64,000 nucleotides of DNA, from contig CAVPXM010000053.1 of the NCBI GenBank assembly GCA_963709405.1, positions 96,001 through 160,000 on the forward strand, given 5' to 3'. The position numbers and the translations under genes are program-made. Positions 21,421-32,426 of the stretch are shown one piece after another. The number at the start of each line of letters is the position of its first letter. Within the stretch, counting starts at the first letter, position 1. The DNA is from an uncultured Nitrososphaerales archaeon (GTDB lineage: Archaea > Thermoproteota > Nitrososphaeria > Nitrososphaerales > Nitrososphaeraceae). The notes under the pieces are model-generated. The model was not told where the DNA came from and did no database searches. It saw only the letters and a list, made by a program, of their open reading frames with translations.

Positions 21421-24400
21421 TTGGTGCATATCAAGAAATTAGAGATATATGGTTTTAAGTCGTTTGGTTTAAAGAATACATCATTAAACTTTGGCAAAGG
21501 ACTCGTTGCAGTCACAGGTCCTAATGGATCCGGGAAGAGTAATATCATGGACGCGATATTATTCGCAATGGGCGAAAACAGTCCGAAAGCAATGCGTGTC
21601 GACAGATTCCAATCATTATTTCACGATAACCAGAGTACTTCTTCAGGATTAATCCGTGTCAGTCTAAGTTTTGATAATACAGACCGTGGAATTCCTGTAG
21701 ATTTCGATTCCGTAACCCTGACCAGAGAAATGGAAGGACGCACTGGTGATAGCCAGTACTATCTCAACGGTAAAAAAGTAACTAAATTCACGATCACCGA
21801 ACTACTTGAAATTGTGATGGGAGCCTCAAATAAGCTTAACATCGTTCAGCAGGGAATGATAACCCGTATTTCCGAGTTAAACCTGGACGAACGCAGAAAA
21901 ATTATAGAAGATATAGTTGGACTTTCATATTTCGATGAAAAAAAGACTGAGGCTGTTAAACATCTCGAGGAAGCTGATCGTCGTTTAGAGGTGGCGTTTG
22001 CAAAGATCGGCGAAATCAGGAAGCGAATCGACGAGCTGGAAGCAGAAAGAAATGATCAGCTAAGATATGGTCAACTTGAAAAAGAAATAACAAAATTTAA
22101 AGCAGTCAAACTTTCTAATACTTTAAGATCAATTCGCGATAGAACAGAAGCACGCAAAAAAGTGTTGGATTCTACCAAGGTACATATTTCAGAATTATCG
22201 TTGAAGTTAGAAGAGGTCCAGTCAAAAATAGAGAAGATAAACACTGAAAAAATACGGTTTATTCAAGATGTAGATGCCGCAAATAAAGTAAAGGCAAAAA
22301 TTGGAAGCAGACTGGCAAGTATCGTATACGAAGCTGAGCGAAAGAAGGCATTACTAAAGGAGACTGAACAGAGAATCAATTATCTAGATAAACGGATACC
22401 ATTACTCAAAACAGAGAAACATAGTTATGATGAAAAAATTGTAAAAGGAAAGTCGGATTTGCACCAAATTAATCTTGTAATGAATGATAAGAGAGAATCA
22501 CTTTCTAAACTAAGATCCGAACTAGAGAAGGTTAACTCTAAAATTGATGAGATCACTTCCATGGCGAACGCAGTTAGGGATTCTACCTCTAAATTAGAAT
22601 CAAAATATAAAAAATTACAAAATATTAAAAATAATATAGAAGTATCAAGAACAAGGATAGAAGAAAAAACAAGGCTAAACCAAGAAAGAGGCAAGGAATA
22701 TATCGAAAAAATTAGCCTCTTGGCTGAGAGGATTCAAAAGGATAAGACTTCTCTGAATATATGCGTAGAGGTAAGAGACTCAGAAATGGCAAATCTAGAT
22801 TCTATGTTCACATTGCAAAAGGACCTAGAAAAGTTAGAAATTTCTTATGAAGATGGGCTATCAAAATCTGGGGAAGTTCTTTCCAGAGCAAAAAATACAA
22901 CTTCAAGATATGAGGCAAAGACAACTATTGCAAAAGATGTTATGAACGAAGATTTTGCTGTCGCAGAATTGATGCCTAAATATGATCAATTTGGAATAAA
23001 GGGATTAGTACACGAAGTATTGAATTGGGATAGAGCTTATGAAAGAGCAGTATTGGCTGCTGGTTCAGATTGGATGAAGGCCTTTGTAGTAGATAGTGTA
23101 AGATCTATGATTTCTATAGTCCAATACGCCAAGTCAAGACAACTACCTCGCCTTAGAATTATTCCTCTAAGTGTACTCAACCATACCCAGAAGAATATAA
23201 TAAGCAAGAAAGATCGGCGGGACATTACAGGGATCATTGGAAATCTTTCGGATTTCATAAAGTCGGATTATTCGAAACTCGTACGGTTTATTTTTGGTAG
23301 CACTTTCCTTGTCAGAACTCCTTCCCTTGCTTATTTGCTAGCGAAACGAGGATATAGAGTTGTCTCTATCTCTGGTGAGCTTTTCGAGTCGGATGTAACT
23401 TCCATGTCCGTGGACTTCGGGTCCAAAATATCTGATCTAACTGAAGCAATCTTGCTCGGCGATTCCATAGGTATAATGAGGCGGCAACTCACCTCCCTAG
23501 ACGATTTGATAAGAAAGAAAACAATAGACCATGATAGTATAGCATCGAAGCTACGGGAACTGGAACCATCAGTGATAAGAGGTGAAGCAAAGATAGGAAA
23601 CGTCAATAATGAACTAGCTTACCTACAAAATTCCGTAGCTGACACAGAAGCATCACTTAGCCAACTTAATGCAAACTATGGAATAATTCTGTCTGAAAAT
23701 AATCAATTAACTTACGAACTTGAGAAATACCAGACCAGATTGGCTATATTGACATCAACCATGGATAGAATAACACAGCAATTAAAAATTAACGAAGATA
23801 GTGTTTATAAAAATGAGCTCGTGGAAGTAGGCAGTAGGAAGACTCAGATTATAAAACTAATCGAAAATTTTGATTTTGAGTTGCGTGAACTAATTACAAG
23901 TTCCACATCTTCAAAAATTGATCTTGATAATTACGTGGAGCGAGCTAATTCAGGTGATGAGGAGATGCGTCAATTAGAAAGCGAAGTTCATGAAAAAAAT
24001 GGGCAACTCCTTGGACTTCGGAAAATCGTACAATCCGTCGAGAGCGAAATCCAAACATGCAGGGATCAAGAACAGCAAACGATAGACGCATCTGGAGCAT
24101 CGTATACCATCCTCCAAGAATATGAGGCACAGATAAGACTTTTAATGGAAGATGAGAAAAAACTCTCAAAAGAAATCAATGCTCTAGAAAGAGATTTTGT
24201 CGTTAATCAAAAGGACGTTTCAAATCTTAATAATGAAGAATTGGAACACTATAATGAACTTAATGATTTAGGATATAAGAATCTACTAGATTCATTTGAT
24301 GTAGACGTTGCGATTAAAGAGCTAAATATTGAGTATGAGAAAATACGAAACACAATAAATTTGCGTGCCGTCGAAAGTTATGGACAGGTAGTAGATGGCT

Positions 24401-24975
24401 ACAGGGGGATGTCAACTAGAAGAAATGAATTGGAAACTGAACGTAATTCCATTATTAGTTTCATAGAAGAAACGGTCAAAGAAAAAAAGGAAGTTTTCAT
24501 GGATGCGTTTACGAAGGTTGATGATAATATAAGAAAAACGTTTTCAGAAATAACTGGTGGCTCAGCCAGGCTTGAATTGGAAGATGCAGATGATATATCC
24601 AGTGGCATCCTGTTGATGGTTCAGTTTCCTGGTAAAAACGCACGTGAATCTACGTCCTTATCTGGTGGAGAAAAGACTATGGCCGCGACTATATTCCTGC
24701 TAGCCCTCCAGTCGCTTAGACCGTCTCCATTCTACATAATGGACGAGGTAGATGCGCACCTCGATGCGGAAAATACCGATAGACTATCCAAAGTATTAGT
24801 ACAGAGATCAAAGGATAGCCAAATAATTATGGTCACATTGAAGGATTCGATCGTTGCTGAAGCGAGCCTGGTTTATGGGGTCTATCCCAAGGGTGGTGTA
24901 TCACAAGTCATAAAGTACAATCAACAAAATAAACTACCCATAACAGAAATAAGATCCAACATAACTAAGGCCTAA
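21421..24975 (+). CDS. smc: Chromosome segregation protein SMC
   Basis: GFKSF, Walker A GPNGSGKSN, hinge (GIKGLVHEVL..SISGELFE), LSGGEK and MDEVDAHLD; 1184 aa. Confidence 0.97.
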   Translation: MVHIKKLEIYGFKSFGLKNTSLNFGKGLVAVTGPNGSGKSNIMDAILFAMGENSPKAMRVDRFQSLFHDNQSTSSGLIRVSLSFDNTDRGIPVDFDSVTLTREMEGRTGDSQYYLNGKKVTKFTITELLEIVMGASNKLNIVQQGMITRISELNLDERRKIIEDIVGLSYFDEKKTEAVKHLEEADRRLEVAFAKIGEIRKRIDELEAERNDQLRYGQLEKEITKFKAVKLSNTLRSIRDRTEARKKVLDSTKVHISELSLKLEEVQSKIEKINTEKIRFIQDVDAANKVKAKIGSRLASIVYEAERKKALLKETEQRINYLDKRIPLLKTEKHSYDEKIVKGKSDLHQINLVMNDKRESLSKLRSELEKVNSKIDEITSMANAVRDSTSKLESKYKKLQNIKNNIEVSRTRIEEKTRLNQERGKEYIEKISLLAERIQKDKTSLNICVEVRDSEMANLDSMFTLQKDLEKLEISYEDGLSKSGEVLSRAKNTTSRYEAKTTIAKDVMNEDFAVAELMPKYDQFGIKGLVHEVLNWDRAYERAVLAAGSDWMKAFVVDSVRSMISIVQYAKSRQLPRLRIIPLSVLNHTQKNIISKKDRRDITGIIGNLSDFIKSDYSKLVRFIFGSTFLVRTPSLAYLLAKRGYRVVSISGELFESDVTSMSVDFGSKISDLTEAILLGDSIGIMRRQLTSLDDLIRKKTIDHDSIASKLRELEPSVIRGEAKIGNVNNELAYLQNSVADTEASLSQLNANYGIILSENNQLTYELEKYQTRLAILTSTMDRITQQLKINEDSVYKNELVEVGSRKTQIIKLIENFDFELRELITSSTSSKIDLDNYVERANSGDEEMRQLESEVHEKNGQLLGLRKIVQSVESEIQTCRDQEQQTIDASGASYTILQEYEAQIRLLMEDEKKLSKEINALERDFVVNQKDVSNLNNEELEHYNELNDLGYKNLLDSFDVDVAIKELNIEYEKIRNTINLRAVESYGQVVDGYRGMSTRRNELETERNSIISFIEETVKEKKEVFMDAFTKVDDNIRKTFSEITGGSARLELEDADDISSGILLMVQFPGKNARESTSLSGGEKTMAATIFLLALQSLRPSPFYIMDEVDAHLDAENTDRLSKVLVQRSKDSQIIMVTLKDSIVAEASLVYGVYPKGGVSQVIKYNQQNKLPITEIRSNITKA

Positions 24976-25502
24976 ATTTGCTTTCTAATATCTTGTTAAT
25001 TCACTTCATTATTTGTGATAAAATTCAACATAGTCATTGAATAGAGTTGGATGGATAAGATCTATTAGTACGATTGGTACGATTTGGCTTTTCCAGATAT
25101 GTGAAATTTGAGCAGATAAATGCCGTCCCTAACAACACGATCCTTAGTCTTACTGAATCATGATTTTCATTTGCCTTTGTTCAATGGTCCTACTAAAAAC
25201 ACATAATGCTCCTCGAGATGAATTTCTATCATAACCAGTAAAGGAATAATCAGCACAACTTAAGTTGGTCATGGTAGATTGCAAGATAAGATTATAACTT
25301 TAATCCAATTCAGTTAGACAATTATCATCCCACTAGCGACAAGATAATTCTAAAGCTTCTGGCGGCTCATTTTGTTAGGAAGATAGTTAATCTATTCTAA
25401 GGTTTGGAGAAAGCTGTTCAACATCGTAAAGGGAAATCCGATTCAGGAGTATTCGAGCTTTTGTCATCATATAAATAATGTAAGTAATAGTATGAGCTTA
25501 GA

Positions 25503-25629
25503 GCGGGGGTCGCCAAGCCCGGTCAACGGCGTGAGACAATTCTTACTTATGCACGGAGCTCAGAGGTTATTAATTGACTGGGATACCTCATCCCTTAGGG
25601 GTTCGTGGGTTCGAATCCCACCTCCCGCA
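25503..25629 (+). tRNA. tRNA-Leu(CAG) with two BHB introns (30/31: 25536-25557; 37/38: 25565-25584)
   Basis: Acceptor GCGGGGG/CTCCCGC, T arm GTGGG-TTCGAAT-CCCAC and long variable arm. Splicing both introns restores TGAGG-CT-CAG-AA-CCTCA. BHB central helices are CGTG/CACG and CTCA/TGGG. Confidence 0.9.
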
Positions 25630-25827
25630 ACTTCTTGTTATTGATTGAATTTTTATGACATAATCATCTCATATTACGATGAGCTAAATACCATTTGGAG
25701 TTTGTGCTTGTAGGGAAGAAATTGTCGGTTGGCTGGCAGTGGATCAGTATCAAAGTATATGATCTTTTCTATCTTGAATGAGATCGATAGGTTAACAAAC
25801 TTCTTTAGCCTACAAGTTACTGCACAT

Positions 25828-26649
25828 TTGATTCAGAAGGTTATCTTTACCGATATAGATGGTACCATAGTAGACATTGAGACCGGAGGATATGGAGAAA
25901 CTCCTAAATTGATCCGATCGTTAGTGAGAAGTGGAATCCCTGTTATCCTGTGCTCTGCAAAAACACTGACCGAACAAATTCAGGTCAGAAAATATATTGG
26001 ATTGGACGATCCATTCATCGTCGAGAATGGCGGCGCCATAATAATTAGAAGAGACTATTTTGATCTTTCATATATCATTGATAAATATAATGTCAAGGTC
26101 CATGGAGAAGATCATATTATTGAGCTTGGGAAACCAGCCAAGCAAATTAGAGGAATACTCAATGATATCAGGAAGAAATTTAAGATAGATTTTAAAGGTG
26201 TCGGAGACACATCGATTGAAGAACTAAGCAATATTACGAAGCTGAGTGCTGAGCAGGCGATAGGAATGGCTAATAGGGAATATGGTGAAACTATCCTACA
26301 GATAAAGAAACAAGATTTGGCTAGGTTTACTAGGTTATGCCTAAAGATGGGCCTAAATCTAATACATGGTGGAAGGTTTTTTGATGTAACAATGGGAAAT
26401 GATAAGGGAAAAGCTGTTGAAATATTAATCAATCTTTTTAAGAAAAAGTACGATTACGACGTAACCTTTTTTGGCATAGGCGATAGCGAAAACGACGCAT
26501 CAATGCTAGAACTTGTGGGCCATCCAATATTGGTTCAAAGACAAGACGGTTCTTGGTCTAACATCAGAGGTAAAGAAATTCTTAGAATTCCTGGGATAGG
26601 TCCAAGGGGATGGGCTCTCGCGTATGATATAATTTCTGGAGAATCTTAA
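25828..26649 (+). CDS. mpgP: Mannosyl-3-phosphoglycerate phosphatase-like HAD-IIB hydrolase
   Basis: IFTDIDGT, CSAKT, ENGG, REYGE, GGRFF, DKGKA, GDSEND and GPRGW. TTG 25828 is the preferred start. Confidence 0.82.
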   Translation: MIQKVIFTDIDGTIVDIETGGYGETPKLIRSLVRSGIPVILCSAKTLTEQIQVRKYIGLDDPFIVENGGAIIIRRDYFDLSYIIDKYNVKVHGEDHIIELGKPAKQIRGILNDIRKKFKIDFKGVGDTSIEELSNITKLSAEQAIGMANREYGETILQIKKQDLARFTRLCLKMGLNLIHGGRFFDVTMGNDKGKAVEILINLFKKKYDYDVTFFGIGDSENDASMLELVGHPILVQRQDGSWSNIRGKEILRIPGIGPRGWALAYDIISGES

Positions 26650-26850
26650 TAGATCATTTCAGAATACCGATTTTATATAGTGAAAAGCTTTTGGTGTCAG
26701 TCGGGATCTAAATAACCATTCATTATTCGAATTAGAGCGAATAATTTGACACATATTCAAGGCATTTTAAATTATTATTACTTTATATCGCCATTTCTCC
26801 TTAACGTAGGAAGATATAAAGATATATTATCGCCTTAAGGATTTGGTTTC

Positions 26851-26974
26851 AGCGGGGTGGGGAAGCCAGTTCAATAAACTGAGGCTAGGTTATCCCGGCG
26901 GGCTCATAACCCGCAGAGCGGTTACCGCAATTGCATATCGCATGCGGCTGCAGGTTCAAATCAACCCCCCGCTA
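26851..26974 (+). tRNA. Initiator tRNA-Met(CAT) with two non-canonical BHB introns (18/19: 26870-26888; 52/53: 26924-26953)
   Basis: A1-U72 pair and GCGGG-CT-CAT-AA-CCCGC with the three G-C pairs of initiators. Removing the inserts restores the D loop AGCCAG|GTTA and the T arm GGTT|G-TTCAAAT-CAACC. BHB helices are AGCC/GGCT and GCGG/CTGC. Confidence 0.9.
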
Positions 26975-27139
26975 ATTAACGTATTCATCATATGAAATAT
27001 TCTAAAAAGCCTATGAAAACATTTTGATTGAAGATTTACAAAGATTTATGATTTATGATTCGTAATAATATTCTGTTATTGCGTCGATTTGCGGCATCAT
27101 ATTGATTAATCGTGTCCGAATGATAATAATGAAGCACAT

Positions 27140-27556
27140 TTATTCATACAATTCGGATAATAGTCCCTCCTTTAATATCGTCTTTCTTAACTCCTTTGCT
27201 AAGTCAGTAACGGTAACAATTCCTACAATTCTTCCACTTTCAATTACGGGCAATCGTCGGATCTTGTGATTGACCATTCTTTGTACCGCAACCTCAATTG
27301 GAGTATTGGGAGTTGCATATGTTCGAATTTTCGACATGATGTCAACTATATTAACTTTAGATGGTTGTAAATCCCTGCAGCAAATTTTGCTGACAATATC
27401 TCTTTCCGTAATGATGCCTATAGGCTCCTGATTGTTCTCTACGATTAATGAACTAATACCATGATCACTCATCAGCTTGACTGCATCTAAACCAGTTTTT
27501 TCTTGTTTTATAGTTACTATTTTTTTAGTCATTATATTTTGGATAATTTTTGACAC
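27140..27556 (-). CDS. CBS-pair protein
   Basis: IMTK..ISSLIV..GIITERDI and IRRLPV..GIVTVTDL. Confidence 0.9.
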   Translation of the reverse strand: MSKIIQNIMTKKIVTIKQEKTGLDAVKLMSDHGISSLIVENNQEPIGIITERDIVSKICCRDLQPSKVNIVDIMSKIRTYATPNTPIEVAVQRMVNHKIRRLPVIESGRIVGIVTVTDLAKELRKTILKEGLLSELYE

Positions 27557-28117
27557 ATATTCATGTAGGCTCTTTGGGATAAAAATATTAATTCTATATT
27601 TACTCGCTTTAACGAGAGCACGGCATGGGGTTTGCCAATAATGAATTTTCCCGAGGTACAGCTCCTGATCGGAGAGAGATATTTCTACCTAACTACTGAA
27701 AAAGCTGTTGTGTATCTGTTTTGCAAAGCCCCACCTGTCGCCGCCTCACAATTCGAATTCGGATTTCGGATTTCAAATTATCATGAAAATCCTCACATTT
27801 AGTCGTTTTAATATTTTTGTCTTGTCATTTTGAAATTTGAATATAATAATAACTAAGATTTTTATGCATTGAATAGAAAAATTATTCAACTACTCTTCAG
27901 ATTGAATCAATCAAATCGCAGGTTAACTACCACGAGACTGTCTAGACTATCTTTGTTGAAGTTACGGTGTGATCTTGTGGGAAACGTCATCATATTTGGT
28001 TAAGAGTGTTCTCATTTTGTCACTAAATATTCTCCTAACACAATAAAATAAGTGTGTGCTCGCAAACAAACCTAGCTCCTTGTACTACTACCAGTAGATT
28101 AGGGTGCACTCGTACTC

Positions 28118-28438
28118 CTAGAAGTTGTACTGGTGTGATGTGCCGATACCCTTTGCCTGATCATAGCAATCTCGGATTATTCTTGCGTTCAAGCCAATAG
28201 ATTGCTTACTTGCAGTTGATACACTGGTAACGAAATTTTTGAGGTCCTTTTTACTAAGTGCGTTGGGGTCAGAACTGCTACTAGAACTATTCTTACTACT
28301 GCCACCCTTACTATTGTCACTACTCCTGTCATTGCTGCCATTGGTAGTGCCACTACTGGCAGCCATTGCCGACTTCACAAAAGAGGCTGCTGTGACAATG
28401 GACAAGCCTATACCCACTACAGCCAGGAGAGATAACAT
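28118..28438 (-). CDS. Secreted Ser/Asn-rich low-complexity protein
   Basis: Signal peptide followed by a poly-Ser linker and a short helical domain. Confidence 0.55.
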   Translation of the reverse strand: MLSLLAVVGIGLSIVTAASFVKSAMAASSGTTNGSNDRSSDNSKGGSSKNSSSSSSDPNALSKKDLKNFVTSVSTASKQSIGLNARIIRDCYDQAKGIGTSHQYNF

Positions 28439-29083
28439 TGGGCCTTAGACATATAAGTTGGGGATAGTAATAATTCTATTAATCATTACTTAACATCGTT
28501 AAAGCACAGAAAATTTCATCTCAACATACTTTTTATCTAACAAGATGCATTATCTAACAAGATACATATTCCCCATGCCGTAAAGAAAGTTGCAGAATAT
28601 GTATGTATGTCAGTTGTTTTAAAGCATAATCTGGAAAAAATGACAGAGTGCGTATTGTGATAGGCATGGAGGGATCGTATTATTCTTTTCATAAATATCC
28701 AATATCATAACAGAGAAGAGTTAGTATCATATTTAATTATGAGTTTATCAGATATAATAATAGTATGGGTTTTGCAGCCTCCTCTTCTGATAAGCCGTCT
28801 AAACAAGAACGTTGCAGTCTTTGCGGAAGAGTTTTTAATAATGCTGAGGACTTGAACGCACATAAACAACTGGATCACAGCGAACACAGCCATGAGCCTG
28901 CCGGGGTAAGCTAGACGATCACGGGCTATCACCGTATTTCTTTTGGCCGAAGATATTGAATGTCAGTTGTATGATTCTAAGGCATCAATTAAAATCCTTT
29001 AACGCCCAAGAATTTATTGATTCAAGGTCAATTTATTCAACGCACATGATGAATAGTAAGAACACCCAAAAATGCCAAAGCAT

Positions 29084-29839
29084 CTATCGGCTATACTTTT
29101 TTAATGCTTCGATTACCCATTCAACTTCTTCCTTAGTCTTTACAAGGCGACCGATCTTCATGCAATCCCGAATGTCTTTTGATCTCATTTTATGCCATAC
29201 TGCATTTGCGACCGTAGTCGCTATTTCACTAGAAATACCAGAGTTAACGAGCAAATGAGTGGCGACCTTTTGAAAATCTTCGAATTTATATTGTTTAAAA
29301 TGTAGCACAACAAACCGTGACAGTAATGGGGTTAACATCCTTTCGGTTCCATTACTAGTTGCAAAGACCCACGTTTTGAGTTGAGTTTTGCGGACCTTTT
29401 GAAATTTTGTTTCAGCAATAATTCCAGTTTCCATCAAACTTAAAAGCGCAGTTTGATCTCTTATTGGCATATGCTCGATTTCATCGACAATTAAATATCG
29501 AGGACGTGCTTCAAACAAATAGTCCATCATTCCTGATTTTGTACTTTGACTTCCAATCGTAAAGTGTGAACGTTCAAGTTTAATGCATTCTAACATAAAG
29601 AGAGTTTTCGCCGATGCTGGTGGGCCCACCAATAATATATGTACCGGTACTTCCGAAAATAATGATAATTTGAATAATCTCTTTACGTCATTATAGCCTA
29701 TAATATTATCAAACAGTTCCGCGATAATTCCGTTAGGATCATCAGTAGCAGAGATATTAACCGCAGTACCAGTGGATTTATGATTAGTGGCCTCATCCAT
29801 TTGAGGCCATAAATCATCAACATTATCTCCATTCAACAT
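29084..29839 (-). CDS. Stand-alone AAA+ ATPase (MCM/RuvB-like core)
   Basis: IIGYNDVK, HILLVGPPASAKT, LIVDEIEHM, LLSLMETG, ATSN and LLSRF. Confidence 0.85.
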   Translation of the reverse strand: MLNGDNVDDLWPQMDEATNHKSTGTAVNISATDDPNGIIAELFDNIIGYNDVKRLFKLSLFSEVPVHILLVGPPASAKTLFMLECIKLERSHFTIGSQSTKSGMMDYLFEARPRYLIVDEIEHMPIRDQTALLSLMETGIIAETKFQKVRKTQLKTWVFATSNGTERMLTPLLSRFVVLHFKQYKFEDFQKVATHLLVNSGISSEIATTVANAVWHKMRSKDIRDCMKIGRLVKTKEEVEWVIEALKKYSR

Positions 29840-29984
29840 GGTTCAGTACTAATTACGGCTATTATAGGTGTTACTGACTGATGCTCTCGTGTGGTCCATC
29901 ATACTGGATATTATTTTCGAACAACGAAACGATTTCACAAATTGATTCTTAATTTTTCATCTTTACAGGTTATGAACCGATCTT

Positions 29985-30512
29985 TCATGTTTTTCCGATA
30001 GCCAAAGTAATATTTTCCCTATCTCTAAACACATGATTTCTAAAATCATCCGGTGGCGTTATTGCCTTTCCATCCACAATAACCTGCACGGCCTTATTAT
30101 TCAAATTCAATCCCCATATACTTAAGAATTGACCCAATGTATAGTTTCGATTAACGGTAGATTCTACGTGGATGGTCCCGCTTCTATCGTGAGTATGTAT
30201 TGGGGCAATTTCCGGAGTACTATATTTATCTAGGGAATGATCCTTATAAAGTGATGAATTGATGCCAATGCCTTGTGGGACATTGGTTGGTTTCCCATCA
30301 ATTGTCATATTAAGATGAGGATGAATATGATATACAATCTTAGCGCCCAAACCATGTTCTTGAGCCTGAGTCGCAATAATTAATCCCAAAACAATTACTG
30401 CAGTACCAATAGGAATTCCAATGATCTTCAAGTATCTATTTCTCTTACGCCGATTGATTGAGATGTAACTGTCATCTCTTTTCTTATTATTATTATGGTT
30501 CTTGTGGCTCAT
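29985..30512 (-). CDS. Membrane-anchored His-motif protein
   Basis: One TM, then HIHPHL, PQGIGI, IHTHDRSGTIHVES and YTLGQFLSIWG. Confidence 0.75.
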   Translation of the reverse strand: MSHKNHNNNKKRDDSYISINRRKRNRYLKIIGIPIGTAVIVLGLIIATQAQEHGLGAKIVYHIHPHLNMTIDGKPTNVPQGIGINSSLYKDHSLDKYSTPEIAPIHTHDRSGTIHVESTVNRNYTLGQFLSIWGLNLNNKAVQVIVDGKAITPPDDFRNHVFRDRENITLAIGKT

Positions 30513-30957
30513 CAGTGCAAAATCGTATGTTATTACAGCCTATTATAGCTTATCTCGCTGTCAAGTTCAGGGATTTGTGAAATAATGAAGACTCTTATCA
30601 CATTCTAAATATCAAAAGTAAAGAAATGCTACTAGGCGTTAAAATCAAGAAAAGGTCCCTCGAGATGGAAACTCAAATCTTCCGAATATCTTTGATCTGT
30701 TGAGTTGAGTTTACATGATTTGTTTTTGATATAGTGTGTTTGTTTGACCTTGTGTATAAACGATAGTTATCTTGATATCAAATTAGATATTACTGTAGAT
30801 ATCAACAATATTGACCTTATCCAACTTTGATAGATACCTTAGAGGCTATCGTGAATTAGCGACTGCTGAAAGTAGCATCTCAAGCAAATAATTTATGTAC
30901 GTATACGCAACATAAGGCCAATGTAAATTATCCTCTCTAAGTCACAATAAAACAACC

Positions 30958-31933
30958 TCACCACCCCAAAACCCTAGCAGACTCTTTGGCAGCATCATCT
31001 AGTGCTTGTTTTGGTTGTTTGACATAAACCTCTTCAATTGCCTCTCTTATGTGTTCTGCTATTTGTGGATACTCAGCTGCAAACTGGTCTGCTCTTACCA
31101 ATCGAAAGTTGGCCATTGTTGGCGTGGAAAAACACCTGGTACCCAGGACCCACTTTGCAGCACAACAAGCTTCCTAACAGCAAACAATTTGTCTGGATTA
31201 CTTTTCAGCGGTTTTATACCTGCATCGATCTGTTCTTTGATAAATTCAAGTGCTTTCATACCTGCTGAGCTATTATATGCAGGAAACCAGTAACTGCCCT
31301 TTACTGGGTGTCCATTTTTCATCACAAGTATGTCACCTCCGAGCATCCATAGATAAGGATACCAGATATCCGGAGAATAGTTTAAACCAACAAGGGCAGC
31401 ACCCGAAATTCCCATCGGTCCTAGAGCATAATTAATTTTCCTTGCGGACGCCATATACCCATCTTTCCAAAGAATTCGGATCAACACTTACATACCATAC
31501 ACTTTACCTCTATACACCCCTCCATCAAAATTCGTTTGATACCAATCAGAAGATCTACCCCAAATCTTTACATAATCTGTAAGATCTGTTAGAAAACCTC
31601 TTTGAGCAAAATCTCCAAGCCAGATTTGGTCGACAGAGATTAGATCAATAGCACTTTTGTTACCTAACGGTCCTGGTCTGATTGTAAGGGGTTGTGGTAT
31701 AACTTATTTGAATATTTAGATCAGGATGCCTTGCTTGCAATTCCTGTATCGCAGGTTGCAAGAGACCATCCCATTTTATGACGTTGCCTAGATTTATCAA
31801 CCATGGCTGTAATTACAACTTGTTTTTTCTGTTGAGCTAAAACCAAGTCGGTACGTGCGCTAGCAGAAAGAGATATTATACTCATGATTAATCCTACAAC
31901 AAAGATGCCGCTAACAGTTGAGAATCTAGCCAT
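30958..31933 (-). pseudogene. Extracellular (sugar-type) solute-binding protein pseudogene
   Basis: Signal peptide, then ELQARHPDLNIQI, DLISVDQIWLGDFAQRGFLTDLT, WYPYLWMLGGDI, QSGSWVP and ALDDAAKESARVLGW* spread over several frames with stops and deletions. Confidence 0.8.
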
Positions 31934-32426
31934 GAGCGAGCGTAAACGGCATTTCCCTATTAATCCTTGCTTCTTATCAGGACGATAAATCCATAAATTA
32001 CCAGTACAAGGGCTTATATTTTGAATTTTTTCCCATTTAGGTAGATGACAAAATGAATAATGAATGAATCTTTAACCTATCTTTATATCTAGGGAAATGG
32101 GATTATGTCTCAAACTTTGTAATTCAAAGGCTGAATTCTTCAAAAGATGCACGAAAGATAGATCGACAGCTTATTTTGTATAGGGTGTTAGTTTGTGGTC
32201 TTGCTTTCATCGAATTAAAGTAATGATTTTTAAATGTAGTATGTAGGATACAGGAGTGAGGTGATTTGTATTATTTTTGAACGGTGAGATAGCAAAACGA
32301 ATATTCTGGAGTAGTATTGTAAACATATAGATTGGTCTCTAGTTTGAAGTTAATATGCTCCCTAACGAAAACCTTATAGTAATACCAGGTTAGCTGATAT
32401 ATACAAATGAGAAGGAGGTTGTAGAG

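Noticed and set aside
30762-30810. GATA at 12-bp spacing (four units)
   Set aside because: Few units in very AT-rich decayed DNA; plausibly chance or a coding remnant.
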